A stretch of DNA of 64,000 bases, from assembly GCA_040772485.1 (NCBI GenBank), contig JAXGYC010000009.1, positions 416,001 through 480,000 of the forward strand. Reading direction: 5' to 3'. Position 1 is the first letter of the stretch. Each line of letters starts with the position of its first letter. The notes below the pieces were generated by a model. The model worked only from the letters and a program-made list of their open reading frames with translations, was not told where the DNA came from and did not search any database. Position numbers and translations under genes: made by a program. This document shows, one piece after another, positions 10,075 to 21,337 of this stretch. The stretch is from Sedimentisphaerales bacterium (GTDB taxonomy: Bacteria > Planctomycetota > Phycisphaerae > Sedimentisphaerales > Anaerobacaceae).

Positions 10075-11050
10075 GTCCTCCTCCCGATCCCGCCGTGCAT
10101 CGGGGCGCCCTGTGCCCGTCGGATCTGTCGGCGGCGCATCCGGTCCTGCAGGAACTCCAGCAGGGCCAGGTCGAACGGACGATCCGTGGCGAACAGATGG
10201 TAGTCGATCCCCAGTCTCTGGCACGCGGTCCGGGCCGTGGCCAGATGCGTTTCGAGCATGCGTTTATAGCCCTTCTGGGCGGCGGGCGGATCGACGTACA
10301 TGTCACGACCCGACTCGATGTCGCGGAAGACGGCGGGCGTGTCGAAATCGAAGTTCAGTTCGGTTGGGTCCAGCACCTGGAACACGACGACGTCGTGACC
10401 TCCGGCGGCCAGATAGCCCAGGTCGGATTCGAGCCAGTCGATCGAGGCCAGCAGATCGGAGACCAGCACGATCAGCCCTCGCTTGGTGAGCATCTGCGCC
10501 AGGCGTTGGAGCGGCGGTCCCAGGTCGGTGGCGCGCCCCTGCGGCTCGGTGTCCAGGGCCAGCATCAGGCGGCGCAGATAGCTGGGCCGGTTGCGGGGCG
10601 GCAGGTACTGGCCGATCCGGTCGTCGAACGTCGCCAGCCCGACCGCATCCCCCTGGGTGAACAGGAAGTACGCCAGCGTGGCGGCCAGCGTTCCGGCGTA
10701 CTGGCTCTTGGTGTACCCGGTGGAACCGTAGCTCATCGACCGGCTCTGGTCGATCAGCAGGTGACAGCGCAGGTTCGTCTCGTCCTCGAACTTCTTGATG
10801 TAGAAACGGTCGCTGCGCGCATAGACCCGCCAGTCAATGTACCGGGGGTCGTCTCCGGCGCTGTATTGGCGATACTCGGTGAACTCGACGGAGAAGCCGT
10901 GATAGGGGCTTCGATGGATTCCTCGCAGAAATCCCTGGACGATCCCCTTGGCGCGCAGCTCCATCGACCTGATCTTCATCAGAGCGGCCGGATCGACCAT
11001 CCCGCCGTTGGCGGCGGTCGTCCTGGACCCGAATGGAGCCGGTGTCTGCG

Positions 11051-11054
<4 letters not shown>
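10071..11054 (-). CDS. DUF58 domain protein
   Basis: GIHRSPYHGFSVEFTEYRQYSAGDDPRYIDWRVYAR..KKFEDET signature. Confidence 0.92.
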
Positions 11055-12055
<1,001 letters not shown>

Positions 12056-12080
12056 GACCCTTGTCCTTTCATACAAGTCC

Positions 12081-12129
12081 TATTCGTCCCATGCGTCCCA
12101 TAGGACCTATAGGACTCATGGGACGAATA
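12081..12129. repeat. Long intergenic hairpin built from GTCCCAT-type units
   Basis: TATTCGTCCCATG (12081-12093) pairs with CATGGGACGAATA (12117-12129), with imperfect inner arms. Confidence 0.8.
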
Positions 12130-12146
12130 AGGTCCCACGGACCAAC

Positions 12147-13025
12147 TCAGTGTGTCATCGCATAGAACACAATGTTGATTCCCATGGGATAGGCCTTCTT
12201 CTCTGAGAACTCGCGGAAGTACCACTCGTCCTCGCCCTCGCGTTCCCATCCATCGCCGAGGTCGGTGTTGTGGCAGATGATCGCCATCATCCGTCCCTTG
12301 TCATCGTAGAGGGCTTTGAAGTGAACCTGTCGCGCATCTTCGCGTTCCCAGGTGATGCCATAAGGCCGGCCGCGCAGCGCGGCGTCGATGCTCGGTATCT
12401 GAGGCTTCTCCTTCAGGTCGAATACCGCATGGAAGATCGGATGAGTCAGCGGCAACTCGACCGGCTCACGCTCGGGGAAGACGCGTTTGATCTCATAGTA
12501 GAAGTTGTACCACTCATCCTCGCCCCAGAAGTCGTCAACCATCAGGAATCCGCCATTGAGCAGATAGCGTCGCAGCGCCTGGACCTCCTCTTCCGTGAAC
12601 ACCAGCGCTCCGGGCTCGACGATGTAGATGAACGGATAATGAAACAGCTCGGGGTCCGTCAGTTGGAGGATCAGCCCGTCCGGGTTGACCTCCATCGACG
12701 TCAGTTGGTGCAGGCGATAGGAGAAGTTCAGGTCGCTGTCGGGGTAATCGGTCGCCCAGCGTCCCCCTCCGAATCCGCGCCCGAATCCTCGACGGCCGCC
12801 TCGACCGCCGCCCCTCGGACCATAAGGTCCTGGACCATATCCGTATCCGGAGGAGTACTCGATTCGCACGAAGGTGAACACGTCGTGGACGAACTCCTTG
12901 TCGGGTTCCCACTCGGGCACGCCGGAACGAGCGTCGCGACGATCATAGTATCGCTGTGCGAACACCAGCGTCCCGCTGACGCCGAGGACGACGAGCAGTC
13001 CAAGAAACAAACGTGTCCTGGTCAT
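12147..13025 (-). CDS. DUF4159 domain protein
   Basis: FTFVRIEY, WATDYPDSD, YLLNGGFLMVDDFWG, HNTDLGDGWE, GINIVFYAMTH. Confidence 0.88.
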   Translation of the reverse strand: MTRTRLFLGLLVVLGVSGTLVFAQRYYDRRDARSGVPEWEPDKEFVHDVFTFVRIEYSSGYGYGPGPYGPRGGGRGGRRGFGRGFGGGRWATDYPDSDLNFSYRLHQLTSMEVNPDGLILQLTDPELFHYPFIYIVEPGALVFTEEEVQALRRYLLNGGFLMVDDFWGEDEWYNFYYEIKRVFPEREPVELPLTHPIFHAVFDLKEKPQIPSIDAALRGRPYGITWEREDARQVHFKALYDDKGRMMAIICHNTDLGDGWEREGEDEWYFREFSEKKAYPMGINIVFYAMTH

Positions 13026-15595
13026 TGGGCGCCCCCCTGGTTCTTGCCGTCCGAATCGGTGACCATTTCCAGCAGCAGCCGGTGCCCGTCGCGGAAGCGC
13101 GGCGCATCGGCGAGGGCCTCCAGGACGTGGCGTCGGGCGGCGTCGGGATCCTCGTGCCGCAGCAACCGCCCCAGGCGATAGTGGACTTCGACCGGGTCCG
13201 CCGGGTCCAGCAGCAACAAGCGTCGATACGATTCGACGGCGCGTTCGCTGCGGCCGAGTTCCTCGGCGGCCCGACCGATCCACCCGTAGGCGCTACTCAG
13301 CATGGGGTAGACCGCCAGGTAGCGGTCGCCATTTTCCACCACCTGCTCCCAGGACTGCTGCTCGGCCGCGATCTCCATCAGCCGCAGATACGCGTCGGCC
13401 GCATCAGATGACATCTTCGCCAGCTTGCTGAGGGCATCATGCTCCTGCTGCGTCTCGCCAAGTTTGCGATGCACCGCTGCCAGGAGCTGATAGGCGTTGT
13501 CCTCCTCGACGTGCGCAGGGTAGAGCGAGATCAGTCTTTCGAGCGGCTCTTTGGCCTCCTCCCACTGTTCGCTCTTCAGCAGCATCTGCGCCTGAAGCCG
13601 CAACGCCCAGAAACTGTTCGGATGTCCGGCCAGCCAGCCCGCCACTGCCTGCGGATCAGCGGGATCGACCTGTTCTTCGCTCGGCTCGTCCCAGTCGGCC
13701 TGCGGCGCCATTGCCTCCGCACGTTTTCGAGCGAAGGCTTCAAACTGCTCTTCGAGCTGCGCCATCGGGGCGGCGTGCTTGGAGAGAGTCGCGTTGATCT
13801 CCTGTCCCTCCGCCAGGTCGGCCAGGATCGCCCGGATCGATTCCTGGCCGAAACGCTCGACGAGGAACTCGACCACCAGCAACGATTCGCAGTAGGCGAA
13901 CTGAAGGTGCATTGGCGTGGGCGGATTCAGGAACGCGCCGCTGAGCTTGCCGATCGGGGTCAGCTCGCCGGTCAGGATCATCCGGCGATAGCGCGGGTTC
14001 ATCCGCTGGCCCCACGTCGGGTTGCGCTGCGATTCCTCGTACACGGAGATTCCTTCGCTCAGCCAGCGCGGCATCTTGTTTCGCGTCAGGTGGAGTGTCA
14101 CGACGTGACAGAATTCGTGCCACAACACAGCTTGCCAGTTCGCAGGGCGCTGCGCCTTAGGACTGTTGGCGGTAATGACGCTGCCGAAACAGACGCCGAG
14201 ATATCCGTCGACGTCGGGAATCCCGAACGTGCGCACCGCGAAATCCTGCAGATTGGCAAACAGCTCGACCGTCACAGGGCTGTCGAGCTGAAGGCCGTAT
14301 TTCTCGCACAGTTCCGACCGCGCCTGCTTGAGCAGGGCCAGCGCTTGGTCGCCATAGACCGCCGCCTCCAACTCGTTCATTCGCAGCACGAACCCATCGG
14401 CCTCCAGCGTCTTGAACTTGGACATGCTGTCTTGCAGTGTGCTCAGGTTGTAGGCCTTGACGTTGTACGGGTCCGCATCGGCCACCTGATTCGCCAGCGT
14501 CCAGCCTTCCTTTTCCTGCCCCAGCCGCAGCAGGTCTTCGGCCAGTTGGATTCGGGCCGGCACGTGGTTCGGGTCGAATTGCAGCGCGCGACGCTGGAAC
14601 GCGCTTGCCTCCGAGAACCGGTACTTCTGCGAAAGCTTGGCGCCGATCAGGTGATCGACCTGCGGATTGGTTGCCCAGAACTTGAGCGCCTTGGCCCGGC
14701 AGACTTTGGCCTCGTTGGGATCGTTGGCCAGATGAGCGAGCAGCGCACGGTAGGCCCACGCCTCCGGCCGCCAGGGATTGACCTGCAGCGTCCGTTCCAG
14801 CGACTTGGCGGCGCCCTCGTAGTCTTCGCAGTCGATCTGGTGTTCCGCCAGCAGGATCAGGGCCGGCGCGTGGTTCGGATTCGCGACGAAAGCGGCGTCC
14901 AGCGACTGCATCATCGCCCGGCGGTCGCTGTGGTAGAAGGCCGTTGCCAGTCCGTAGTGAGCATCCGGGTCGTCGCCGAATCGCTCCAGGGCCTTGTGGA
15001 ATTGCTCGGCGGCCAGCTCGTAATCCTGCTTGGCCATCGCCAGATCGCCGGCGGCCAGGTACGCCTCGCGGCAGTTCGGGTCGTTCTCGAGGGCGCGATT
15101 GTAGAAATCCCGCAAAACGATGCGTGGTTCCGCGCCCAGCAAGAGCAGCGATTGCCCGAGAGCGACCAGATCCGAACTGGTTATAAAGGCCAATCGGCGC
15201 GCGGACGCGATTCGGTAGGTCTTCTCCAGCATCTCTCGGGCCAGATCGGTTTGACCGTTGGATGTGTACACCGTATGGGCGAGCTTCAGCAGCCTGAGGT
15301 TGAGCGGGTACTGGACGAGGATCGAATCCATCTCCCGAGCGGCCTCTTCATATTGGCCCAGGGCCAGCATGGATTCGGTCAGGAGGATGCGCCATTGAGG
15401 CTGGTACGCCGAATCCGCAATGGCCTTCTGCGCCGAGTCCAGAGACGCACGGTACTGACCCTTTCGGAATTGCTCCTGCGATGCGTCAAGACCGGCAGCC
15501 CGCACGGACCCTGTCGATCCGAGCGCCAGCAAGATGCAGGCTCCGATTCCCAGCAGACGCCTGCGGCGCGAATCCTGTCGGTCCAACGAAATCAT
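13022..15595 (-). CDS. TPR-repeat protein with peptidase MA-like (HExxH) domain
   Basis: Many TPR-like helices and VLWHEFCHVV..PRWLSEG motif. Start uncertain (15595 preferred; the 15628 extension runs through a REP). Confidence 0.85.
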   Translation of the reverse strand: MISLDRQDSRRRRLLGIGACILLALGSTGSVRAAGLDASQEQFRKGQYRASLDSAQKAIADSAYQPQWRILLTESMLALGQYEEAAREMDSILVQYPLNLRLLKLAHTVYTSNGQTDLAREMLEKTYRIASARRLAFITSSDLVALGQSLLLLGAEPRIVLRDFYNRALENDPNCREAYLAAGDLAMAKQDYELAAEQFHKALERFGDDPDAHYGLATAFYHSDRRAMMQSLDAAFVANPNHAPALILLAEHQIDCEDYEGAAKSLERTLQVNPWRPEAWAYRALLAHLANDPNEAKVCRAKALKFWATNPQVDHLIGAKLSQKYRFSEASAFQRRALQFDPNHVPARIQLAEDLLRLGQEKEGWTLANQVADADPYNVKAYNLSTLQDSMSKFKTLEADGFVLRMNELEAAVYGDQALALLKQARSELCEKYGLQLDSPVTVELFANLQDFAVRTFGIPDVDGYLGVCFGSVITANSPKAQRPANWQAVLWHEFCHVVTLHLTRNKMPRWLSEGISVYEESQRNPTWGQRMNPRYRRMILTGELTPIGKLSGAFLNPPTPMHLQFAYCESLLVVEFLVERFGQESIRAILADLAEGQEINATLSKHAAPMAQLEEQFEAFARKRAEAMAPQADWDEPSEEQVDPADPQAVAGWLAGHPNSFWALRLQAQMLLKSEQWEEAKEPLERLISLYPAHVEEDNAYQLLAAVHRKLGETQQEHDALSKLAKMSSDAADAYLRLMEIAAEQQSWEQVVENGDRYLAVYPMLSSAYGWIGRAAEELGRSERAVESYRRLLLLDPADPVEVHYRLGRLLRHEDPDAARRHVLEALADAPRFRDGHRLLLEMVTDSDGKNQGGAQ

Positions 15596-15610
15596 CCGTC
15601 TGCCTACTCG

Positions 15611-15631
15611 GTAGGGTGTGCACCGCACACC
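15611..15631. repeat. GTAG-type REP variant GTAGGGTGTGCACCGCACACC
   Basis: GTAG followed by a GGTGTGC/GCACACC hairpin. Confidence 0.55.
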
Positions 15632-15938
15632 TTTCCTCTTGTCAAATGCCCCGAATCAAGCAGGCATTTGGATAGCCTTTCACGAGCTACGATTGGCAGT
15701 CCTCCGGACCGCCCATCATGCCATGATAGTGGCAAGTCGTACTGTGCCGTTACTGTTTTTTCTGCGGCCCCCATGAATGGACCGCCCATCGTGCTACGTG
15801 GGCTACGCGGTCGGGCCGGTGGAGGTTCGAGAGGGGCTCTCTCGTGAGTGGAAGCAGAGAAGAACCACCAGCCCGGTGGCCACTGGAATGGAGCTGCCAC
15901 GTAGACGCGATCCAAAGACACCTGTCCGGAAATGCCGG

Positions 15939-18900
15939 TTAGCGATCCCTGCCGCCGGCATCGCTCGGCAGCAGCGAAAGGATGTAGCTGCGGCGCGAGC
16001 GGACGAACTGCTTGATCCCGTTGCGTCGCCCGTCGTCGAAACCTTCCGCGTCGAGGGCATCGGCCGCGTCATCGAGAAACCGATCGAATTCTGTCGGAGG
16101 ATCGCTGGTCCCGTACGATGTTTGCCAGGGGCCCTCGACGAGTTCTCTCAGTGCATCGAGGTACGCCTGACGGTACTTGGGGTAGTTGAGGAACTGGTAC
16201 ACCTCCGGGAAGAGACCCGAATTGGTCGGAGGCAGCGATGTGGATGGGCCGTCACCCGAGCCGAGTGTGAAGTCAATATCCCAGGGCAACAGGTACCATT
16301 TGCCTTCGTTCGAGGCGTAGTAGAAGGCGTTGTTCTTGCCCCGGCGGTATCCGTAGCTGTCCCAGTCGCCCACCGTATGGCGGATCGCCAGCATGGTGGC
16401 GAAATGCTCGGGATGAAGGACTGATTCGATGGTCTGCTCGTACATCGGATTGCCGGACGGCGTGTTCATCGCGGCGGCGAAGTCGAGCAGATGATCCCAT
16501 TCATCGTCTTCCCGATGCGAGCGTTTCTCAAAACCCCAGCGATACGTCTCCTTGGTCAGGGGATGCCGGGAATCGTACTTCAGGCCTTCGTCGAGGTTCG
16601 AGTAGCCGGTGCCGTTGGATGAATACTCGAAGTAATCATCGATCTTGTGGATGTATCCATCCGCATCGTCAGGGAACCACCTATCGACATAATCCCCGTC
16701 GATCTTCTGGACGTCTTCGTAGTTGCTGTGGCTCCTGCCGTTGATGATCAGGCGGACGTATTCCTGCGTCGAGAATTGCAGGCCCATCTTTCGATAGAAC
16801 CAGTAGGAGGCGCGTTCCTGGAGTGGGCCCCGACTGCTGCCTTCGGTGGCGTCGAGGTTGATCTCCTCGCGGCCGCGGAACGCCTGATCCGGGTTGAAAT
16901 CGATGCGGTACCCGTAGCGGTCGCGCGGATCGCGGCCGGAGCCGCTGCGGATGAACGGACTGCCACGGAAACGAAGGCCGCAGTTGTAGAACACTTCCGT
17001 GTCGTTGTAGACGAACGTGCAATCCATCAACTCATTCGAGAGGTTGGGTCGCGAGCGGAAGGTGCTGATGACGTCGTCGCTCAGCCAGACGCGATAGGTG
17101 GCGAATCGGCTGTTCAGTTTCACGTCACCGACGCGGACCAGGCAGGTGCGATCGGGTACGTCGGCGGTGGGGTCCAGCCGGCTGGGGAAGCGTGTGAAGG
17201 CCGTACCATCGATGGCCTCGATGTAAAAGGCGCGCATTGCGCCGGCCGAGACGCCGGGAATCGTGGCGGTGTAGAGGCCGTCGCCGGCGATCAAATCGTC
17301 GCCCGATCCGTCATCGACCATCGAGACATTGGCATAGGTGCCGCTCCCTTCGGTTCGATAGCTGAGTGTGGCGGCGACCACGCCGTCGTTGTCGGTGATG
17401 CGTGCGGTAACGACGATCGGCTCGCCGGAGGCGGGAAGAACCGGGCTGTGACAGACCTCCAGAATGTCCGGCGCCCGGTTAGCGGTAAAGGCGGTGTTCT
17501 GCAAGCCGGGCGTGCCCAGATTGAAGGGGATTTCCAGTTCGAAGGCATAGGCCGGCCGCGGCGGCTGCACCGGCGACTGCTCGCGCGTCGTTCGCAGGAG
17601 CAGGTATCGACTGCCTCGAATCCAGCGGGCCCAGCCGCGGAACGTCACCGCGCCGCTGGCGCCCGAAATGGACTGGTTGACACGGTTGGCTCCCGGATCG
17701 CCGTGTCCCGTGGCGATCAGATGCAATGCGCGCGAGCCGGAGTGGCGATCGGAGGCGGTCACGAAGGATCGAACGTGATTGCCGAGAATTCGCCAGGGGG
17801 AGGTGCCATTCTCGAAACCGGCGTTGGTCAGGCGGTTGGTCCCGCTGACGACCAGTTCGAGGTCGTCGAGGAGCAGCTCGCCCCGGTTCAGGAGCATCAT
17901 GTCGAAGATGGTGGCCTGATCGTGCGTATACTGCGAATCGGTGGCGCTGATGGTGAAGGAGAATTCCTGCCAGGCGGTCTTGCTGCTCTCGTCGCTGGCG
18001 GCCCACGCGTCGGGGTTGCGGTTGTTGCTGCGCGGGTCGCGCAGCTCCAGGCTGGCTCCCTGGCCGTCAGCCCAGATGGGCCATCGTCCGCCATCACAGT
18101 ACGTGACTTCATCGGCGGTCACTTGTAGGGGCGAATCATCATTCGCCCCTGCGGCCTGGCCGTTTGTCTGCGCGAGCGGATAGGACAGCCGGATGCAGTC
18201 GCTGTGATCGTTCAGGCTGCCGGAATAGGGACCGAACAGATTGACTCCGACATGGAGGTTCTCATACACCGCCGCAAGGAAGTTCGGCTCGCTGGCGACG
18301 ACGAGATAGCCGCCGGACGCCAGCTCGGCGCCCTCCGGGAAGGTGTAGTCGATCCCTGCTGTGAAGGCCCATCCGCTCAGGGATACGGTTTGAGTGCCCT
18401 TATTGTACAGCTCGACGTATTCGAATCGCTCATCGCGAATGGCGTGGTGGTACATGATCTCATTGATCACGATGCCGCCGATGTGTTCCTGGTCGTTGGG
18501 TGCGGCGAACGTCGGCGAGGCCAGGAAACCGAGACTGTCGGAGCCGTCGGGTGTCCGGCCGAACGTGACATCGGGCGGCGTCGCTCCGTAACGGAACGCG
18601 TCCAGCACGCGAACCGGCTGTGGCATCGGACCGCCGTTGGCAGCCGTCACGTAGACCGTCTCGCCCGCCGCACTCAACCCGAACGGCAGTCCATCCGGCC
18701 CAGTCCCTTCGCTGACGGCCCGGAATTCGCCCGGCTCCAGTATGATGCCGTCCGGGAGCCGGTACTTCATCAGGTCGGCGGGATCATCGCTGAGATACAC
18801 GTTGTTCAGACTGACCGCAATCGGCCCGGGGTTGTACAGCTCAACCCAATCGAAGGGCGAATGATTATTTGCCCCTACCGGGTTGGCCATCACCTCGTTG

Positions 18901-20069
18901 ACCACCAGACGGGCGCGTGGATCATCGCCTCGCTCGACCGGCGCCAGGACCGCGCGAACGATCACGCATCCGAAGGCGTCGGAGCTGCCCGAGAGGCTGG
19001 CGTTGTGCACCTGGAAGGCCAGGACGTTCGTGCCGTTGACCAGCAGGTTTCTGTGGGTCAGCAGATCGACCACGGCCGGGTCCGGCTCGGAGGCCTGGCC
19101 TCCCCTCTGATCGAACGCCGGCGGGTTGCCCTGGATCTGTCCGGAATCGGCAATGCGCACACCGTTGAGATACAGCACGAAGTCGTCGTCGTACAGAACT
19201 TCCGCCTGCAACTGCGAGAAGGATCCGATCTGTTCGCTCGTCAGAACGAACGGCAACCGCGCGTAGACGGAGATGTAGTTGCCGTTCATGTCGTTCAACT
19301 GCGTGCCGATGTACTGAAGTTCCGCCGCATCGTTGCTGTACCCGTACCCGCTCGGACCGTCTCGCCAGGGCGTTGTGTTGGGGTCGTCGTTGAATTCCGG
19401 CTGTGTCCAGGCGATGGTGGCCTGTCCGCCGGGGCCGGGTGACGGTTCGGCGGTTCCCTTGAAGTATCGCCCCGGATGGTCCACATCGATGAGCGTCAGG
19501 ATGGACGGATCCTCGGACTCGACCTGGATCAGGTCGGGTCCGCCGGGCGTGCCGCCGATCGATGTGCTCGGCGCCCAGGTGGTTGCTTCGGCCGGATCGC
19601 CGCCCAGTCTGGCGAGCGTCAGCGAATGCCCTGCCCCGTCAGGACTGACCGGCCAGGGAGCGCTGGTCCCATAGCGGAACGAAATCAGTATCCCTCCGTT
19701 CTCATTGCACAGGACGATCCGCTCCCCATCGTTGCCCAGCCGGCCGGTGAAGGGTCCTTTGACCCCCGTGACCCCGTATGCGGCTTCGACAGCCGCCGGA
19801 TCCCGTGCGATGACCATGTGCTGCTTGGCGCCGAGGATCGTGCCCGGCTCGAAGATGTACTCAATGCCGCTGGTGAACGCACATCCGCCCAAGTCCTCGA
19901 AGACGGCGCGATCGTTGTACAGCTCGATGAATTCGAGCGATTCGGCCTGGTCGGCCGGATGGTACATGATCTCGCTGACGACCAGAGCGCTGGCCGATTG
20001 AGATGCCCAAAGGATCGCCATGCAGATCGCGGCCAGCAGGGTAGAGCAGTGCCCTCTGGATCGTCCCAT
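15939..20069 (-). CDS. Secreted lamin-tail-domain (x3) + CotH kinase-family protein
   Basis: Three (S/N)E(I/V)M..E(F/Y/W)(I/V)ELYN LTD motifs, C-terminal GLRFRG..GDWDSY..KWYLLPWDIDFTLG CotH motifs, signal peptide. Confidence 0.85.
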   Translation of the reverse strand: MGRSRGHCSTLLAAICMAILWASQSASALVVSEIMYHPADQAESLEFIELYNDRAVFEDLGGCAFTSGIEYIFEPGTILGAKQHMVIARDPAAVEAAYGVTGVKGPFTGRLGNDGERIVLCNENGGILISFRYGTSAPWPVSPDGAGHSLTLARLGGDPAEATTWAPSTSIGGTPGGPDLIQVESEDPSILTLIDVDHPGRYFKGTAEPSPGPGGQATIAWTQPEFNDDPNTTPWRDGPSGYGYSNDAAELQYIGTQLNDMNGNYISVYARLPFVLTSEQIGSFSQLQAEVLYDDDFVLYLNGVRIADSGQIQGNPPAFDQRGGQASEPDPAVVDLLTHRNLLVNGTNVLAFQVHNASLSGSSDAFGCVIVRAVLAPVERGDDPRARLVVNEVMANPVGANNHSPFDWVELYNPGPIAVSLNNVYLSDDPADLMKYRLPDGIILEPGEFRAVSEGTGPDGLPFGLSAAGETVYVTAANGGPMPQPVRVLDAFRYGATPPDVTFGRTPDGSDSLGFLASPTFAAPNDQEHIGGIVINEIMYHHAIRDERFEYVELYNKGTQTVSLSGWAFTAGIDYTFPEGAELASGGYLVVASEPNFLAAVYENLHVGVNLFGPYSGSLNDHSDCIRLSYPLAQTNGQAAGANDDSPLQVTADEVTYCDGGRWPIWADGQGASLELRDPRSNNRNPDAWAASDESSKTAWQEFSFTISATDSQYTHDQATIFDMMLLNRGELLLDDLELVVSGTNRLTNAGFENGTSPWRILGNHVRSFVTASDRHSGSRALHLIATGHGDPGANRVNQSISGASGAVTFRGWARWIRGSRYLLLRTTREQSPVQPPRPAYAFELEIPFNLGTPGLQNTAFTANRAPDILEVCHSPVLPASGEPIVVTARITDNDGVVAATLSYRTEGSGTYANVSMVDDGSGDDLIAGDGLYTATIPGVSAGAMRAFYIEAIDGTAFTRFPSRLDPTADVPDRTCLVRVGDVKLNSRFATYRVWLSDDVISTFRSRPNLSNELMDCTFVYNDTEVFYNCGLRFRGSPFIRSGSGRDPRDRYGYRIDFNPDQAFRGREEINLDATEGSSRGPLQERASYWFYRKMGLQFSTQEYVRLIINGRSHSNYEDVQKIDGDYVDRWFPDDADGYIHKIDDYFEYSSNGTGYSNLDEGLKYDSRHPLTKETYRWGFEKRSHREDDEWDHLLDFAAAMNTPSGNPMYEQTIESVLHPEHFATMLAIRHTVGDWDSYGYRRGKNNAFYYASNEGKWYLLPWDIDFTLGSGDGPSTSLPPTNSGLFPEVYQFLNYPKYRQAYLDALRELVEGPWQTSYGTSDPPTEFDRFLDDAADALDAEGFDDGRRNGIKQFVRSRRSYILSLLPSDAGGRDR
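18125..18152. repeat. 28-bp GTAG REP in-frame in the LTD-CotH gene
   Basis: GTAGGGGCGAATCATCATTCGCCCCTGC, encoding AGANDDSPL. Confidence 0.85.
18851..18878. repeat. 28-bp GTAG REP (degenerate) in-frame in the LTD-CotH gene
   Basis: CGAAGGGCGAATGATTATTTGCCCCTAC, encoding VGANNHSPF. Confidence 0.8.
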
Positions 20070-20350
20070 TTCTATCCGGTCCTTTCTCCGGTGATGGTCA
20101 ACCACCCTTCAACCGCCTCCGCCGGCAGTCTCTGATGCTATGTGATCCATCCCAACATAAGAGTTCATATTCCCAATATCTCCCAAACAGCCATTTTACC
20201 AGATCGGCCGGGCAATTCGCAGTGCTTTTGCCGTCCGCGTTGGGTTTTGTCATGGCCAGAACCATTCCATAGGGGCTTGGCCAAGGGCGGCAAACACCCC
20301 CATGTTTCGTTGGATCGAGCGACTTCGGCTCTTGCTGGTTCTTCCTTAAG

Positions 20351-20372
20351 ATAAGTATTTGCAGATACTTAT
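20351..20372. promoter_or_regulatory. AT-rich 22-bp near-perfect palindrome ATAAGTAT-TTGCAG-ATACTTAT
   Basis: 8-6-8 inverted repeat in intergenic DNA upstream of the LTD-CotH gene. Confidence 0.45.
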
Positions 20373-20410
20373 AGAATCGCCGTGGGTGGTTGGGTGGTCT
20401 TGCCGCTCGC

Positions 20411-21142
20411 TCACGAGGCTCCGTCACTTGCGACGTGGCCCAGCAGTGAGTTCAGGACGGAATCGAGCAGTTCGCGGGACATTGAGAGGTTCGCGAGGCC
20501 TTGGGTAATCCGCTCGCGGTCCTGCACGAAAGGGGTCGGGATCAGCTCGTGACCACAATGGGCGAGCATCTTCTCAATGCTCTGGGCGGAGTATTCCAGG
20601 TGGAACTGGAGCCCAAGAACGTGTCCGGCGTACTCGAAGGCCTGGTTACGGCACGCCCGGCTCTGTGCGATGTGGATGGCGCCACGGGGGATTTCAAAGG
20701 TGTCACCGTGCCAGTGAAAGGCCATGAAACGCGTCGGCAGGTCGCGCAGCAGGGGGGCATGATCATTCGGTTCTGCCCCTGCGGATTCGGTCACCGTCTC
20801 GACCTCGAACCATCCGATCTCGATGTGCGGATTCTGGACGACCTTGGCGCCGAGGACGTCCGCGACAAGCTGGGCCCCCAGGCAAACCCCGAGTGTCGGT
20901 ATCCCCGCGCCAATGGCCTTCTCGATGAATCGTTTCTCCGCCAGCAGCCAGGGGTAATCGCGGTGCTGGTACACGTTCATCGGTCCGCCCATGACGGCCA
21001 GCGCGTCGATCTCTTTGACCTCTGGCATAGGGGCGCCGGTGTAGAGCCGTGTGTTTGTGACGGTATGGCCGTGTTGCTCGGCCCAGATGCCTATGTTGGC
21101 GGCATCCTCGAAAGGAACCTGTCCAAGCCAATGCAGTCTCAC
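20411..21142 (-). CDS. Type 1 glutamine amidotransferase (GMP-synthase-like)
   Basis: VMGGPM, LGVCLGAQL (catalytic Cys), FHWHGD, GLQFHLE. GTG start with AAGGAG RBS. Confidence 0.9.
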   Translation of the reverse strand: MRLHWLGQVPFEDAANIGIWAEQHGHTVTNTRLYTGAPMPEVKEIDALAVMGGPMNVYQHRDYPWLLAEKRFIEKAIGAGIPTLGVCLGAQLVADVLGAKVVQNPHIEIGWFEVETVTESAGAEPNDHAPLLRDLPTRFMAFHWHGDTFEIPRGAIHIAQSRACRNQAFEYAGHVLGLQFHLEYSAQSIEKMLAHCGHELIPTPFVQDRERITQGLANLSMSRELLDSVLNSLLGHVASDGAS

Positions 21143-21337
21143 CTTTGTCGTCTCCTTGTCGAATCCTTGCTCAAAACGGCTCGCCTGCCCACAGACGACG
21201 GCAGGGCTCTCATAGCGCGCGTCACGCCGGCGTGCCAGACTCTTTCGTCCGGCAACGGTGTTGACGCTGTCGCATCTCTTGACTATATTTCGCAGTCCTT
21301 TTCTGTAGGTTCTCGAATTCCATCGGTGGCGTTCACT

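Noticed and set aside
13439..15847. Long antisense or alternate-frame ORFs (e.g. 13439-15847, 24406-26331, 53108-55747, 56411-58405, 59594-61246)
   Set aside because: Shadow ORFs opposite well-supported genes in high-GC DNA, with no recognisable motifs.
20501..21337. N-terminal 279-aa extension of the MFS ORF
   Set aside because: Overlaps the GATase gene on the opposite strand; MFS homology begins at MSKQTA (21338). Similar over-extended starts were trimmed for several other ORFs.
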